From contig NC_043013.1 in assembly GCF_006345805.1 (NCBI RefSeq), positions 41,664,001-41,728,000 of the forward strand: DNA of 64,000 bases, read 5' to 3'. The translations under genes were made by a program, and so were the position numbers. This DNA is from Octopus sinensis (Eukaryota). Every line of letters begins with the position of its first letter. Positions within the stretch are counted from its first letter, which is position 1. The notes under the pieces were generated by a model. That model saw nothing but the letters and a program-made list of their open reading frames with translations, made no database searches and was not told the DNA's origin. Shown here piece by piece: positions 12,583 through 24,986 of this stretch.

Positions 12583-12904
12583 GTGTGAGGTATATTTGCC
12601 ATCTCAATATGGCTAACCACTAAGGGTGGGTGTTACTGTAGCTGGTAGAACATCTCCTCCGGCTGGCTATAGGCACACTTTCGGTGTCCTATCGGTATTT
12701 GCAAATGGAGGTCATCCTTCCCTCGTCAATCTAAGTGATACGCACGGACTGCAGTTTCTGGGTATTGACCCGTCATCAGCGTACGTCATCAGCGTACGAT
12801 AGGGCACAGAAAGTGTGCCTATAGCCAGCTGGAGGAGATGTTCTCCTGGGGCTACAAGCTACAGTAACACCCATCCTTATTGAGATGGCAAATATACCTC
12901 ACAC
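12583..12904. mobile_element. Fold-back element with about 110-bp inverted arms (12583-12694 / 12797-12904) and a hammerhead in the loop
   Basis: GTGTGAGGTATATTTGCCATCTCAATA..CTATCG versus CGATAG..TATTGAGATGGCAAATATACCTCACAC; the left end is in (GT)n. Confidence 0.85.
12741..12785 (-). ncRNA. Minimal type I hammerhead ribozyme motif
   Basis: 5'-CGUACG CUGAUGA CGGGU CAAU ACCCA GAAA C UGCA G UC^ CGUGCG. 6-bp stem I (one G-U), intact core, stem II GGGU/ACCC with a C-A closing mismatch, palindromic UGCA loop III, GUC site. Confidence 0.8.
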
Positions 12905-14218
12905 AGTCGTGCAGTTACTGTTTATACCTCGTTCAGAGATTCATTATTGTATATATATATATATATTTACATACATGCTTGTATGCGTGTGTGTGAGAGA
13001 GAAAGAAAGAGATAGTACGTGCGCATTTATCTGTGTGTATGCTTGAATGTGTTTATGTGTGAGTGTTTATTTCTGTGTGTTTCTATGAGTAAATGTTAGA
13101 GCGCAACAAACACGACATCAATTTAAGCCGTGTCTAATTGTATCTCAGATGTTTCAAATTTGACTGTAATTTGCTGTGACGGCTAATGCAATAGCATGCA
13201 ATATGGCGGATGATTAAGTGTCACGTGACCTTCCTCTCCACCAAACACTCTTTTTCATGGCGTGTTGATTTACGAAACCCCTCGAAAGAGAATTGCCTAT
13301 CCTAGCGAAACTTTTCTCCTAAAGAGACGACGGCAAGTGTATGCTCTCCGAAGGTGTACGAAATCTAGTGCAAATGATAGTGGTGGTGGGTGGGGATGTA
13401 GGAGGAGAAGGGTGAGGATGAGTGAAGTGTGAGTGAGAGAATGGGAAAACAGACAGATATATGGAGATATATATGTGTAAGTGATATTGAGAGAAACATT
13501 TGATAAAGAGAGGCGGTGAGTGAGAGGTAAAGAAAAGAATTAAAGTGTGAGTGTAGTATGCTTGAGTGAGTGTATGGGATTTTAAGTGTATGTGTTGTAT
13601 ATGTGTGTATGTGTGTGTGTGAGTGTAAGAGATTGTGTGAGAGAGAGAGAGAGAGTGAGAAAGAGTGAGAGAAAGAGAGAGAATGACAGACAAACAGATG
13701 GCGAAGTAGAGCTTCAGAATGGAGGTAATTACCTTTGTTAGTCTACGTGCGTGTGCTTTCGTGTGTGTGTGTGTGTATGCGTGTGTGTGTGTGCGTGCGC
13801 GCGCGCGTGCGTACACGTCTGTGTGTGTGTGCGTGTGTGTGCGTGAGCGTGGGCTGGTGTGCGTTTGTGTATACATGTGAGTATCTGAGGAAGATGCTAA
13901 ATCAAAGAATGAGAGTGGAAATAATAACATGTGTGTCTGTGAGTGTGTGTGTATGTGAATATGTAGCTGTGTGAATATATATCTGTATGAATCCGAGTGC
14001 GTATCTAGGTGTATCTATGTATACGAGGGTGCGTGTTTGTATGTCAAATTAAGTACTTAAGTCTATTTTTCTCCAATTGCTGTTGTTGTTTAAACTGTGC
14101 TATTTTTATCTCTGCAAGATAATTTGTAAGTTCCTCTGCGTAGTCAAGACATGCCAAAGTCCATACTTATAAATATTATCTAGTCTATACACTACTGATC
14201 AATACAATAAGATGTCGC

Positions 14219-15190
14219 AAGGCGGCGAGCTGGCAGAGACGTTAGCACGCTGGGCGAAATGTTTAGCGGTATTTCGTCTGCCGTTACCTTTCTGATTTCG
14301 AATTCCGCCGAGGTCGACTTTGCCTTTCATTCTTTCGGGGTCGATTAAATAAGTACTAGTTACGCACTGGGGCCGATATAATCGACTTAATTCGTATGTC
14401 TGTCCTTGTTTGTCCTCTTTGTGTTTAGCCCCTTGTGGGTAGTAAAGAAATAGGTATTTCGTTTGCCGCTACTTTCTGAGTCCAAATTCCGCCGAGGTCG
14501 ACTTTGCCTTTCATCCTTTCGGGGTCGATAAATTAAGTACCAGTTACGCACTGGGGTCGATGTAAACGACTTAATACCTATGTCTGTCCTTGTTTGTCCG
14601 CTCTGTGTTTAGCCCATTGTGGGTAATAAAGAAATAGAAATAGGTATTTCGTCTGCCGTTACCTTCTGAGTTCAAATTCCGTCAATGTCGAAATTGCCTT
14701 TCATCATTTCGAAGTCGATTGAATAAGCACCAGTTACGCACTGGGGTCGATATAATCGACTTAATCCACTTGTCTGTCCTTGTTTGTCCCTTTTATGTTT
14801 AGCCCCTTGTGGGTAATAAAGAAACAGGTATTCTGTCTGCCGCTACGTTCTGAGTTCAAATTCCGCCGAAGTCGACTTTCCATTTCATCCTTCCTGGGTC
14901 GATAAATTAAGTACCAGTTACATACTGGCGTCGATCAAATCGACTGGCCTCCTCCCTCAAAATGTCAGGCCTTGTGCCTTGAGTAGAAAAGAATAGAAAA
15001 GAATCGTTAGCACGCTGTCGAAATGCTTAGCAGTATTTCGTCTGCCGTTACCTTTCTGATTTCGAATTCCGCCGAGGTCGACTTTGCCTTTCATCCTTTC
15101 GTGTCGATAAATTAAGTACCAGTGAAACACTGGGGTCGACTAGTCCCCTCCCCAAAAATTTTAGGCGTTGTCCCTTCAGTAAAAGGAAAT
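14219..15190 (+). mobile_element. SINE A multimer: head + 4 bodies, then head + body with an alternative tail
   Basis: Bodies restart at GTATT near 14269, 14454, 14642 and 14827; second head near 15001. Confidence 0.9.
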
Positions 15191-15649
15191 CACCGGGTCT
15201 TGACTCGAAGAATTCAAATCACATCAGAAAGAATCAAATGAATTTATCTGACAAGCGAATTGATCGTACGACCACAAAAAGAAAAAAATCTTAATGATCA
15301 TTGAATTATTTATATGTTTTTAAATGGAAAATTAAAATACATCTTAGAATATAAAATTGTCATAATTTCGTTAAAAGAAAAACCTATTTTTCATAATCAT
15401 ACATATTGATTCTTAATTCCACGCGCAATTTTGGCTTATTAAATTAAGGAAATTAAGATCGTTTCTAGGTTCAAAAATCGAACAAAATGATATTTAAAAA
15501 AAATATCAAGTTGTTATTTTCGTTAATTTCATTATGAAAAACACATTTCTTTATTATTTCACTGTATGTTTACCTCGTTGTGCTACTTTAAACTCCAGGC
15601 GTCGCCATTAAATTTTCGCTTAACTTGCATTATAAATTAAATACACAAC

Positions 15650-15712
<63 letters not shown>

Positions 15713-16054
15713 GAGAAGAGGGGGGAGAGAAGTAGATAGATAGACCGATAGATAGATACACACACAGCATACATGCATACATGCATACATGTATATATAT
15801 GTATATATATATGTGTGTGTGTGTATGTGTATACACACACACACACACATACAGAGGAGGCTGGAGAAAAGAGAGCACGTGATTACTGTTGTAAGAATAA
15901 TATTTTAGAATGAATTAAAAGTCAGCATAATGAAAATAGTTGCCACAGTAACAAAAAATATTGTCACACTAATAAAAATAATTTTTCGTGTTAATAAAAT
16001 TGCCGTCACACTAATAAAATTATTCTCAAATAATAATCATTATTGTCGCACAAA

Positions 16055-16380
16055 TGTCACTCGGTCGGTCACAACGACAAGGGTTCTAGTTGATCCGATC
16101 AACAGGACAGATTGTTCGTGAAATTAACGTGCATGTGACAAAGCACTCCTCAGACACACGTACCCTTAACGTAGTTCTCAGGAAGATTCAGCGTGACACA
16201 GAGTGGGACATGACTGGTCCTTTGAATTAGAGGTACTACTCATTTTTTGCCAGCTGAATCGACTGAAGCAACATGAAATGAAGTGATTTGCTCAAGGACA
16301 CAACGCATCACCGGCAATTGAACACATGACCTTACCCTCGTGAGCCGAATACCCCTAATCACTAAGCCGCGTGCCTTCAC
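16055..16380 (-). mobile_element. SINE D
   Basis: Head ends ..CACTAAGCCGCGTGCCTTCAC on the + strand; family C-type tail. Confidence 0.8.
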
Positions 16381-16445
16381 TGTCACACTCATAGAAATAG
16401 CTTTTAACTCTAACAAAAATACTTGTAACACTATTAAGCATTATT

Positions 16446-17250
16446 CTTTTCTACGCTAGGTACAAGGCCCGAAATATGTCGGGAGGAGGGGACCAGTCGA
16501 TTTGATCAACCCAAGTACGCAACTGGTACTTAATCTATCGACTCCGAAAGATGAAAGGCGAAGTCGACTTCGGCAGAATTTGAACGCAGAACGTAAAGAC
16601 GGACGAAATACCCATTTCTTTACTACCCACAAGGGGCTAAACACAGAAGGGACAAACAAGGACAGACAAACGGATTAAGTTTATTGTATCGAACCCAGTG
16701 CGTAACTGGTACTTATTTAATCGACCCCGAAAGGATGAAAGTCAAAGTGGACCTCGGCGGAATTTGAACTCAGAACGTAGCGGCAGACGAAATATCTCTA
16801 AGCATTTCGCCCGCCGTGCTAACGTTTCTTATTTCTTTATTGCCCACAAGGGGCTAAACATAGAGGGAACAAACAAGGCCAGACAAACGGATTAATTCCA
16901 TTACATCGACCCCAGTGCGTAACTGGTACTTAATCTATCGACCCCGAAAGGTTGAAAGGCAAAGTCGACCTCGGCGGAATTTGAACTCAGAACGTAACAA
17001 GCAGACGAAATACCTATTTCTTTACTACCCACAAGGGGCTACACACAGAGGGGGCAAACAAGGACAGACAAACGGATTAATTCGATTATATCGACCCCAG
17101 TGCGTAACTGGTACTTATTTAATCGACCCCGAAAGGATGAAAGGCAAAGTCGACCTCGGCCGAATTTGAACTCAGAACGTAACGGCAGACGGAATACGGC
17201 TACGCATTTCGTCCGGCGTGCTAACGTTTCTGCCAGCTTTTCGCCGCCTT
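16446..17250 (-). mobile_element. SINE A composite multimer (head-body-body-head-body-body) with one 18-bp TSD
   Basis: ACACTATTAAGCATTATT at 16428-16445 and 17251-17268. Confidence 0.9.
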
Positions 17251-17559
17251 ACACTATTAAGCATTATTGGCTGACTCATAAAAGCAGTTGTAACACAAAT
17301 TAGAAACATTTTACACATTAAGATTATTGGCACATCAATAAAAAGCATCGTCGCACGAATAAAACCGCTTGTTACACTAATGAGATTGTTGTCACGGCAA
17401 TTGTTCGAACGATAGAAAATATATCACCCTAATAAAAATAGTCGTCACACACACACATTTACGCACGCGTGCGCGGGATTTAGAAGCTGGCAGGATCGTT
17501 CGCCACTCTCGTTACCAAAGATCGAGCTGGCTGTCTCCGGCTCTGAACAACAGAGAGAA

Positions 17560-17960
17560 TTTCTCTATGATGCGCAAAAGCCTTTGTCTGGATCAATGGA
17601 ATATTAAAATGTTACTAGACAGGATAGACATTGATTGACCAGAGATGAGCACCGCATTTGCAGCATTGATATCGGAGGGAAAAAAAACTGCATCGATAGA
17701 GTTTGGTGAGTGCGACGTACATATCACACCACAATTTATAGTACAAGCAAGGCCGTTATTGTTGATCAAATATGGTATCTTTTCATGATACCACTCTAAC
17801 TTCATTGTTAGAATCACCCAACAAGACTCAACAGACATGTCTCCATCCTTTCAAAACTTGATCGAGCTTTGCTAAATTTAGAGATATCAAGGAAGGCTGC
17901 AACAAAAGTCCACATGGCGAGTGCACCGTAGCGTCTGTACAGATTTAAGGGCGTATATGG
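17560..17960 (+). pseudogene. Possible very old RTE-type RT remnant
   Basis: REFLYDA..LLDR..AFAALISEGKKT..PQFIV..PL..MASAP*RL loosely follows RTE ELLYADD..LLDRF..AFGLTISLKKT..PQI..KASAAFGRL. Stops and frameshifts present; alignment is from memory. Confidence 0.35.
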
Positions 17961-18250
17961 GCCTCCGTTGAAGATTGATACACTGCTCAGGCCTTCTGAG
18001 CGATTAGCATTGTTCCAGGTAATGAACTAACACTTGACCGTTTCGTAGAGCGCTTCCTGGTATTACATAATGTATCGGGACCTATCAGTCGCAAATCTTT
18101 GGATAATATTACACACTACACGTCTGTTGATCGACAAGGTAGTCACAACCAGACCACCCTTGGATAGAAAGACAACCAGTAGTGAACTGCAGGACACGAA
18201 CCCTTTGCTACCTCTAACAGCTGATACGGGATGATAGTCTGCTGGTAAAG

Positions 18251-18290
<40 letters not shown>

Positions 18291-18504
18291 ATATATATAT
18301 TGCTCGAAATGGAGAAGACAGCCGACAAGTGATGAAGGGTCATTCCTTGTATTTCTTGTCCCGTTTTTTCTCTCGTTATTTGCGTATTTAACTCTCTTGT
18401 TTTCGTATTTCATGTTGTTTACTGTTGGTGACGTCCTGCACCCATATATTATATATGATTTTCTAGTTTCAGCTAATGAGCTGTGGCCATGCTGGGGCAC
18501 CGCC

Positions 18505-18537
<33 letters not shown>

Positions 18538-18538
18538 C

Positions 18539-18572
<34 letters not shown>

Positions 18573-19339
18573 ATATAAAATAATATATATATTGATAGAT
18601 GATATAGATAGATAGATATATTAACACTATACATGTATATATATAGTGGTGTTTATGCCCCCAAAATCTAGCGGTTCGGCAACAATACCCGATAGAATAA
18701 GTACCAGGCTTTATACAAAGTTCGACTAAAAATTTTTCAAGGCGGTGCCCCAGCATGGTCGCAGCCAAAGGACCGAAACAAGCAGAAAGAAAGAAAATTT
18801 ATTGTTTATCTCATTTCATTAATCACCCTTGCGTATAATAAAATTATGATCTTCGAAGAAGTTCAAACCTTCAGATATATTGATAAAATTCGGCGGCACA
18901 CTTACGTACTCCGCCCGGCACACCTTTGTGACAGAAAAAAATATCCACTGATTTAAACATTCGCACATGACACTATTATTGCACACTTACTATAATAACA
19001 TACACACATATCTGAACATACACATCTTGACGATTTGGGAGCGGACTTCGTACGATACGTATCTATTGGAAAAGAAGAAAGGATGCGTCTGCAACGAAAC
19101 GATTCGTCTAATTGATTTTTGTAATCTAATTAATGAATCGTTAATTAATTACATCTAGATCTCCTGAAAAAGCTTTAGCGTCTCTGTAATCTAGCCGTAG
19201 CCTTTCTCCGGATGTACATGTCTGCCAAAGATTTGTAACACTTCCGCCGAGTCTTGTTTGACAAACTCACAAACTTATCTGGGAAGGAGACTTTGACGAC
19301 GAGGAATGTGTAAAGATGAGTTTGTGAAAGAGCGGGACG

Positions 19340-19375
19340 CCATGAGTGTGATGCTGCATACGTTATGTATATAAA

Positions 19376-19415
<40 letters not shown>

Positions 19416-20019
19416 TGTGTGCATGTGTGTGCATACATGTATGTAAATATGTGTGTATGTACGAATGCGTGTTTGTATGCATGCATGTATGTATGTATGT
19501 AAATATGCATATATGTAATATATATGTGTATATATGTATGTATGTGTGTATGTAGTATGCATATATGTGTATATGTATGCATGAAAGTATGTATGTGAGT
19601 ATGTAAGAATGTGCGCATGTATGTATGTATGTGTGTGTGTGAATGTGTATGTACGTATGCATGTATATGTATACGTATGCATGAATGTATGCATGTGTGT
19701 ACGTAACAATATGTGTATGTATGAATGTATGTATATATGTATGTATGTGTGTGTGTGAATGTGTATGTACGTATGCATGTATATCTATACGTATGCATGA
19801 ATGTATGCATGTGTGTACGTAAGTATATGTGTGTGTATGTGTGTGTGTATACATATAAATACACATATATAAATGCATGCACTCACTGCACGTGTATCTG
19901 TATATGTACTTACATTTATTTATACATGTGCATGCGCACATATACACACCACGCACAATTGCAAATAAACTCATGCATACCCACATACACACACACTCAC
20001 AAACAGACACACACGCATG

Positions 20020-20050
<31 letters not shown>

Positions 20051-20188
20051 CTGTATATATATGTATATATATACGTATATATGTGTATATATAAATATAT
20101 GTATGTATATATATACATATATATTTACATATATATATATATATATATAGGATATATATGTATATATATTTATGTATATAGATGTAAG

Positions 20189-20227
<39 letters not shown>

Positions 20228-20310
20228 GTATATATATATATATCTATATATATATATATATATATTATTTATATATATATAATATAATATATATATATTA
20301 TATATATATC
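19340..20310. repeat. Compound (GT)/(TGTA)/(TA) microsatellite field
   Basis: Direct reading. Confidence 0.93.
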
Positions 20311-20935
20311 TTTGAAACCCGTACCTATATACAATGCATTAACATATCATACCACACATACACTTGTGCGTAGACAGAACGTCAGTGGAAGCAAAAACAA
20401 TTTAAAAAGACAGAGACAAAACAAATAAGAAACGCTGAAAATCAAGAAGAAAAGAGGAGAGACAGCATAAAAGATGTGTAAGTAAGAGAGAGTGAGAGAG
20501 AGAGGGGGGGAGAAATAAAGAGAGAGAGAGAATGTATGCGCGCGTGTGTGTGTGTGTCGGTGAGAGAATATGCGTAAAAAAGAAATAGTGAAGGAATATA
20601 TGAACAAGAGGAGAGATTGAACGAAGAGGAAAGATGAAGAAGAGTTGAAAGATAATGTTGAGAACGATGAAAGGTTGCAAGAGAGTTCAACAAGGGAGAG
20701 AAATGCGAGAGAGAGAGAGAGAGAGAATGATAGAGTGAGAGAGAGTGAGTGAGTGAGCCGTGGGACACAAGTTGAAGAAAAGAAATTTCAATTAAGAGAG
20801 AATGTGAAAGAATAGGTGTGTCACAAAGAGTGTGAAAGAGAGAGACAGAGAGAAAGAGAGAGAGAGAGAGAGAAGGTGGCATATAAATAGAGATGGGAGA
20901 AGTTAGAGAGGAGGGGGACAAGAGTGCTAGCTAGA

Positions 20936-21081
20936 GCGTAAGAATGGCCAAAGAGTGAAAGCGATTGAATGATACAATACCACCACACACACATACACAT
21001 CTACATACAAAAACACACATGCGTGTGTTATGTATGTATATGTACATACATATTAATATATGTATATATATATTATATTAT

Positions 21082-21113
<32 letters not shown>

Positions 21114-22119
21114 GTATGCATGCACAAACACACACACATTATACATATATACATATATATATACATATATATATATGTATAAGTGCATGTATACATATAT
21201 ATTTATCTATACAACACAAACACACACGTCCACACCCATACACATCTATATTATATATGTATATATTATATGGTGTTGTGTGTGTGTGTGTGTGGGTTTG
21301 TATATACTGGGACAGAATGATAGAGGGGCTGAAGCAGAGAGAAAGAGAGAGAGAGAGAAAACAGACAGAGACTGAGACAGAGAGACAAGACACAACCACA
21401 CACACATACACACACATATACACACATATACACACACGCCCACACACACAGATTGGAACGAGGGTGGGGAAGAAAGACGGTAGGCCTTTTTATCTAAATG
21501 AACAAAGAGCAGTGAATAATTAACAGATCGTCTGCTTTCAATGAAATTTTGCATCATTACACCACACGCCATCACACCCCTCCCCGTCATAGTGTCACCA
21601 ATACACCATCGCAGAAGCCACATCCGCCGTTCATGAAACTACTTCCGGTCTCAAGAAGTCATTTTATCATAGCCGTGTATGTAATTTCTGAAATCTTTAG
21701 TTGCAATTAAAGCAGTCTTGAACATTAGGTGGGAAGGCCATGAGGTCAACACTCAGTCAGTAATCAAATGAAGGTTTTGCTGTTATATTATTGCATCAAT
21801 GACGATCGAATTTTGAAGTTAACAGAAGGTTCCATAGTCTGTGGTTGAATGTAGATATATTATTCAGATTATCTATTGATTAATCGTTTAGTTTTGGTAT
21901 ATGTTNNNNNNNNNNNNNNNNNNNNNNNNNNNNNNNNNNNNNNNNNNNNNNNNNNNNNNNNNNNNNNNNNNNNNNNNNNNNNNNNNNNNNNNNNNNNNNN
22001 NNNNNGCGTAAGAATGGCAAACGAAGTGAAAGCGATTGAATGATACAATACCACCACACACACATACACATCTACATACAAAACACACATGCGTGTGTTA
22101 TGTATGTATATGTACATAC

Positions 22120-22179
<60 letters not shown>

Positions 22180-22321
22180 TGCATGCACAAACACACACAT
22201 ATAATAATATATACATATATATATACATATATATATATGTATATTTGCATGTATACATATATATTTATCTATACAACACAAACACACACGTCCACACCCA
22301 TACACATCTATATTATATATG

Positions 22322-22353
<32 letters not shown>

Positions 22354-22963
22354 GGGGGGTTTGTATATACTGGGACAGAATGATAGAGGGGCTGAAGCAG
22401 AGAGAAAGAGAGAGAGAGAGAAAACAGACAGAGACTGAGACAGAGAGACAAACACACACACATACACACACATATACACACATATACACACACGCCCACA
22501 CACACAGATTGGAACGAGGGTGGGGAAGAAAGACGGTAGGCCTTTTTATCTAAATGAACAAAGAGCAGTGAATAATTAACAGATCGTCTGCTTTCAATGA
22601 AATTTTGCATCATTACACCACACGCCATCACACCCCTCCCCGTCATAGTGTCACCAATACACCATCGCAGAAGCCACATCCGCCGTTCATGAAACTACTT
22701 CCGGTCTCAAGAAGTCATTTTATCATAGCCGTGTAGGAATATTTCTGAAATCTTTAGTTGCAATTAAAGCAGTCTTGAACATTAGGTGGGAAGGCCATGA
22801 GGTCAACACTCAGTCAGTAATCAAATGAAGGTTTTGCTGTTATATTATTGCATCAATGACGATCGAATTTTGAAGTTAACAGAAGGTTCCATAGTCTGTG
22901 GTTGAATGTAGATATATTATTCAGATTATCTATTGATTAATCGTTCTAGTTTTGGTATATGTT
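20936..22963 (+). other. About 960-bp direct duplication flanking a 100-N scaffold gap (20936-21905 versus 22006-22963)
   Basis: Both copies start GCGTAAGAATGG and end GGTATATGTT; N run at 21906-22005. Confidence 0.93.
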
Positions 22964-23674
22964 TGTCCAATCTATCTAATTTTCTGTCCTTTTTCAACAT
23001 ACACATATATACATACACACATACGCACAAATTGTGAAGGTAAAGTAGATACAGACAGATAGATAGACAGATAGATAAATAGACAGGTAGATATAGAGAT
23101 AGAGAGAGAGGGGGAGAGAGAGTGAGAGAGAGTGAGAGAGAGGAGGGGAGACTGAGAGGGTCGACAAAGACAGAAAGAGCAAACGGCGGATGCCATCTGT
23201 CTCTTACGTTATTATTTTCTCTTTCCTTATACATACACACACGCACACCAAGGAATATATGTGTGCACGCGCGTGTGCGTATATGTATATGTGAATATAT
23301 ATACATATATGAAGAGAGATAGAGAGTGTGGAGGAGAGAAGGAGAGAGAAAGAGAGAGAGAGAGAAGTCGATTACAAAGTCCGAGTGAAACACTATTTAC
23401 TACATGTTATAAAGTATAAATTATTTCGGTTGAAATCATTTACACAGTTTTCACGTTAAATACGTACAGTATGCGAAGATGTACACATATATGTATGTAT
23501 ACATGAAAGCATATACATATATATATATATATATATAATTATATATATATAATGTATATATGTATGTATATATATATGTATAATCTATATATCTATATAT
23601 ATGTATATATATATATATATAACATTATATATAATTACATATATATATATAATATAATATATATATATATATAC

Positions 23675-23878
23675 ATGCCATGATAGATCGTTAGCCACTA
23701 CACACTTTTTTTCTCTCTTTTTTTCTCTCCTTGTTATTTCTGTGTCCCTTTCTGTAGAAGAGCGTAGGCTCGAAACGTAAAACACTTTTTCTATTCCTGA
23801 GCGTTATACTAATACAACTGTTTATTTTGTACACCACCGTCTTCTTCATCTTTTGTTTTTTTCGTAAACTCTCCCTGT
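23675..23878 (+). mobile_element. Short (TA)n-embedded element with a variant hammerhead-like motif (23748-23783)
   Basis: CTTT CTGTAGA A GAGC GTAG GCTC GAAA CG TA AAAC; second copy inverted at about 44711-44915. Confidence 0.7.
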
Positions 23879-23912
23879 ATATATATATATAAGTATATAT
23901 ATTATTATATAA

Positions 23913-23952
<40 letters not shown>

Positions 23953-23962
23953 TATATATATA

Positions 23963-24352
23963 TGAGAAGTAGCTTGCTTACCAACCAACATGGTTCCGGG
24001 TTCAGTCCCACTGTGTGGCACCTTGGGCAAGTGTCTTCTACTATAGCATCGGGCCAACCAAAGCCTGTGAGTGGATTTGGTAGACGGAAACTGAAAGAAG
24101 CCCGTCGTATATATGTATATATATATATGTGTGTGCGTGCGTGTTTGTAGTGTCTGTGTTTGTCCCCCTAGCATTGCTTGACAACCGATGCGGCTGTGTT
24201 TATGTCCCCGTCATTTAGCGTTTCGGCAAAGAGACCGATAGAATAAGTACTGGGCTTACAAAGAATAAGTCCCGGGTCGAGTTGCTCGACTAAAGGCGGT
24301 GCTCTAGCATGGCCGCAGTCAAATGACTGAAACAAGTAAAAGAGTAAAAGAG
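23963..24352 (+). mobile_element. tRNA-type SINE family B, near full length
   Basis: ..GGTTCCGGGTTCAGTCCC head, CCTTGGGCAAGTGTCTT core-like segment, internal TA/GT tract, tail GGCGGTGCTC.AGCATGGCCGCAGTCAAATGACTGAAAC(AAGTAAAAG)n. Confidence 0.9.
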
Positions 24353-24986
24353 TATATGTATATATATATTCATAGGTTAGTGTTGGCTGTTGGAATAACG
24401 TGTAATCGATACCATGGTGAAAACTAGTTTAGTGTGTAGATACTCAAGATGTTCAGGTAAGTCACGATACAAGAAATGATGGAATTTACACATATATTTT
24501 AGGGATTCCTGTCTTGGAGTGTGAACGTGGAGGGAGATGAAATAACAGGAAGGGATGAGACACAAAAGGAATTTCTTTATTACGATTAAACCCGAAGCAG
24601 GAATCGAACCATAGGTGTTTGTGTGTGTGTGAGTATGATTTCCGATAATTTTTCAGTCGTAAGTTTCCTGAAGAACCTCTGCGCCGACAGGCGAATCTCC
24701 ACCGAAGTGGGACTGAGTCCGGAGCTATTTGATTGGGAACCAAACTTCCTTATTTCATTAAAATGGCAATGAAAGCCGTACACAGATGGAAAATCTGCGG
24801 GCTGGACAAAAACATTAATGAGATGAGATGAATGATGAACAGGATGATATTAATGAGAGATGATAAAAGATTTCTTACCACACAGCAGCGCCTGCGCCTA
24901 CACACACATACACACACACACGCGAACATACATACGCATACACATACACACGCACATACACATACACACGCACACACATACACATG

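Larger units (their letters stand above)
15940..17450. repeat. Degenerate 21-22-bp AT-rich minisatellite (TTGTCACACTAATAAAAAT..) interrupted by SINE D and a SINE A multimer
   Basis: Units at about 15940-16050, 16381-16445 and 17251-17450. Confidence 0.6.

Noticed and set aside
9478-17250. SINE A arrays as CRISPR-like repeat-spacer arrays or retrozymes
   Set aside because: Units are whole 185-bp SINE bodies without unique spacers, and I found no CUGANGA/GAAA hammerhead core on either strand.
18325-18360. TGATGAAGGG..CCTT (also near 53012) as a hammerhead
   Set aside because: Core lacks the leading C and no GAAA follows.
24400-24590. CAG|GTAAGT donor plus nearby acceptor as a two-exon gene piece
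   Set aside because: The intron would be only 46 nt and the frames do not join without a stop.
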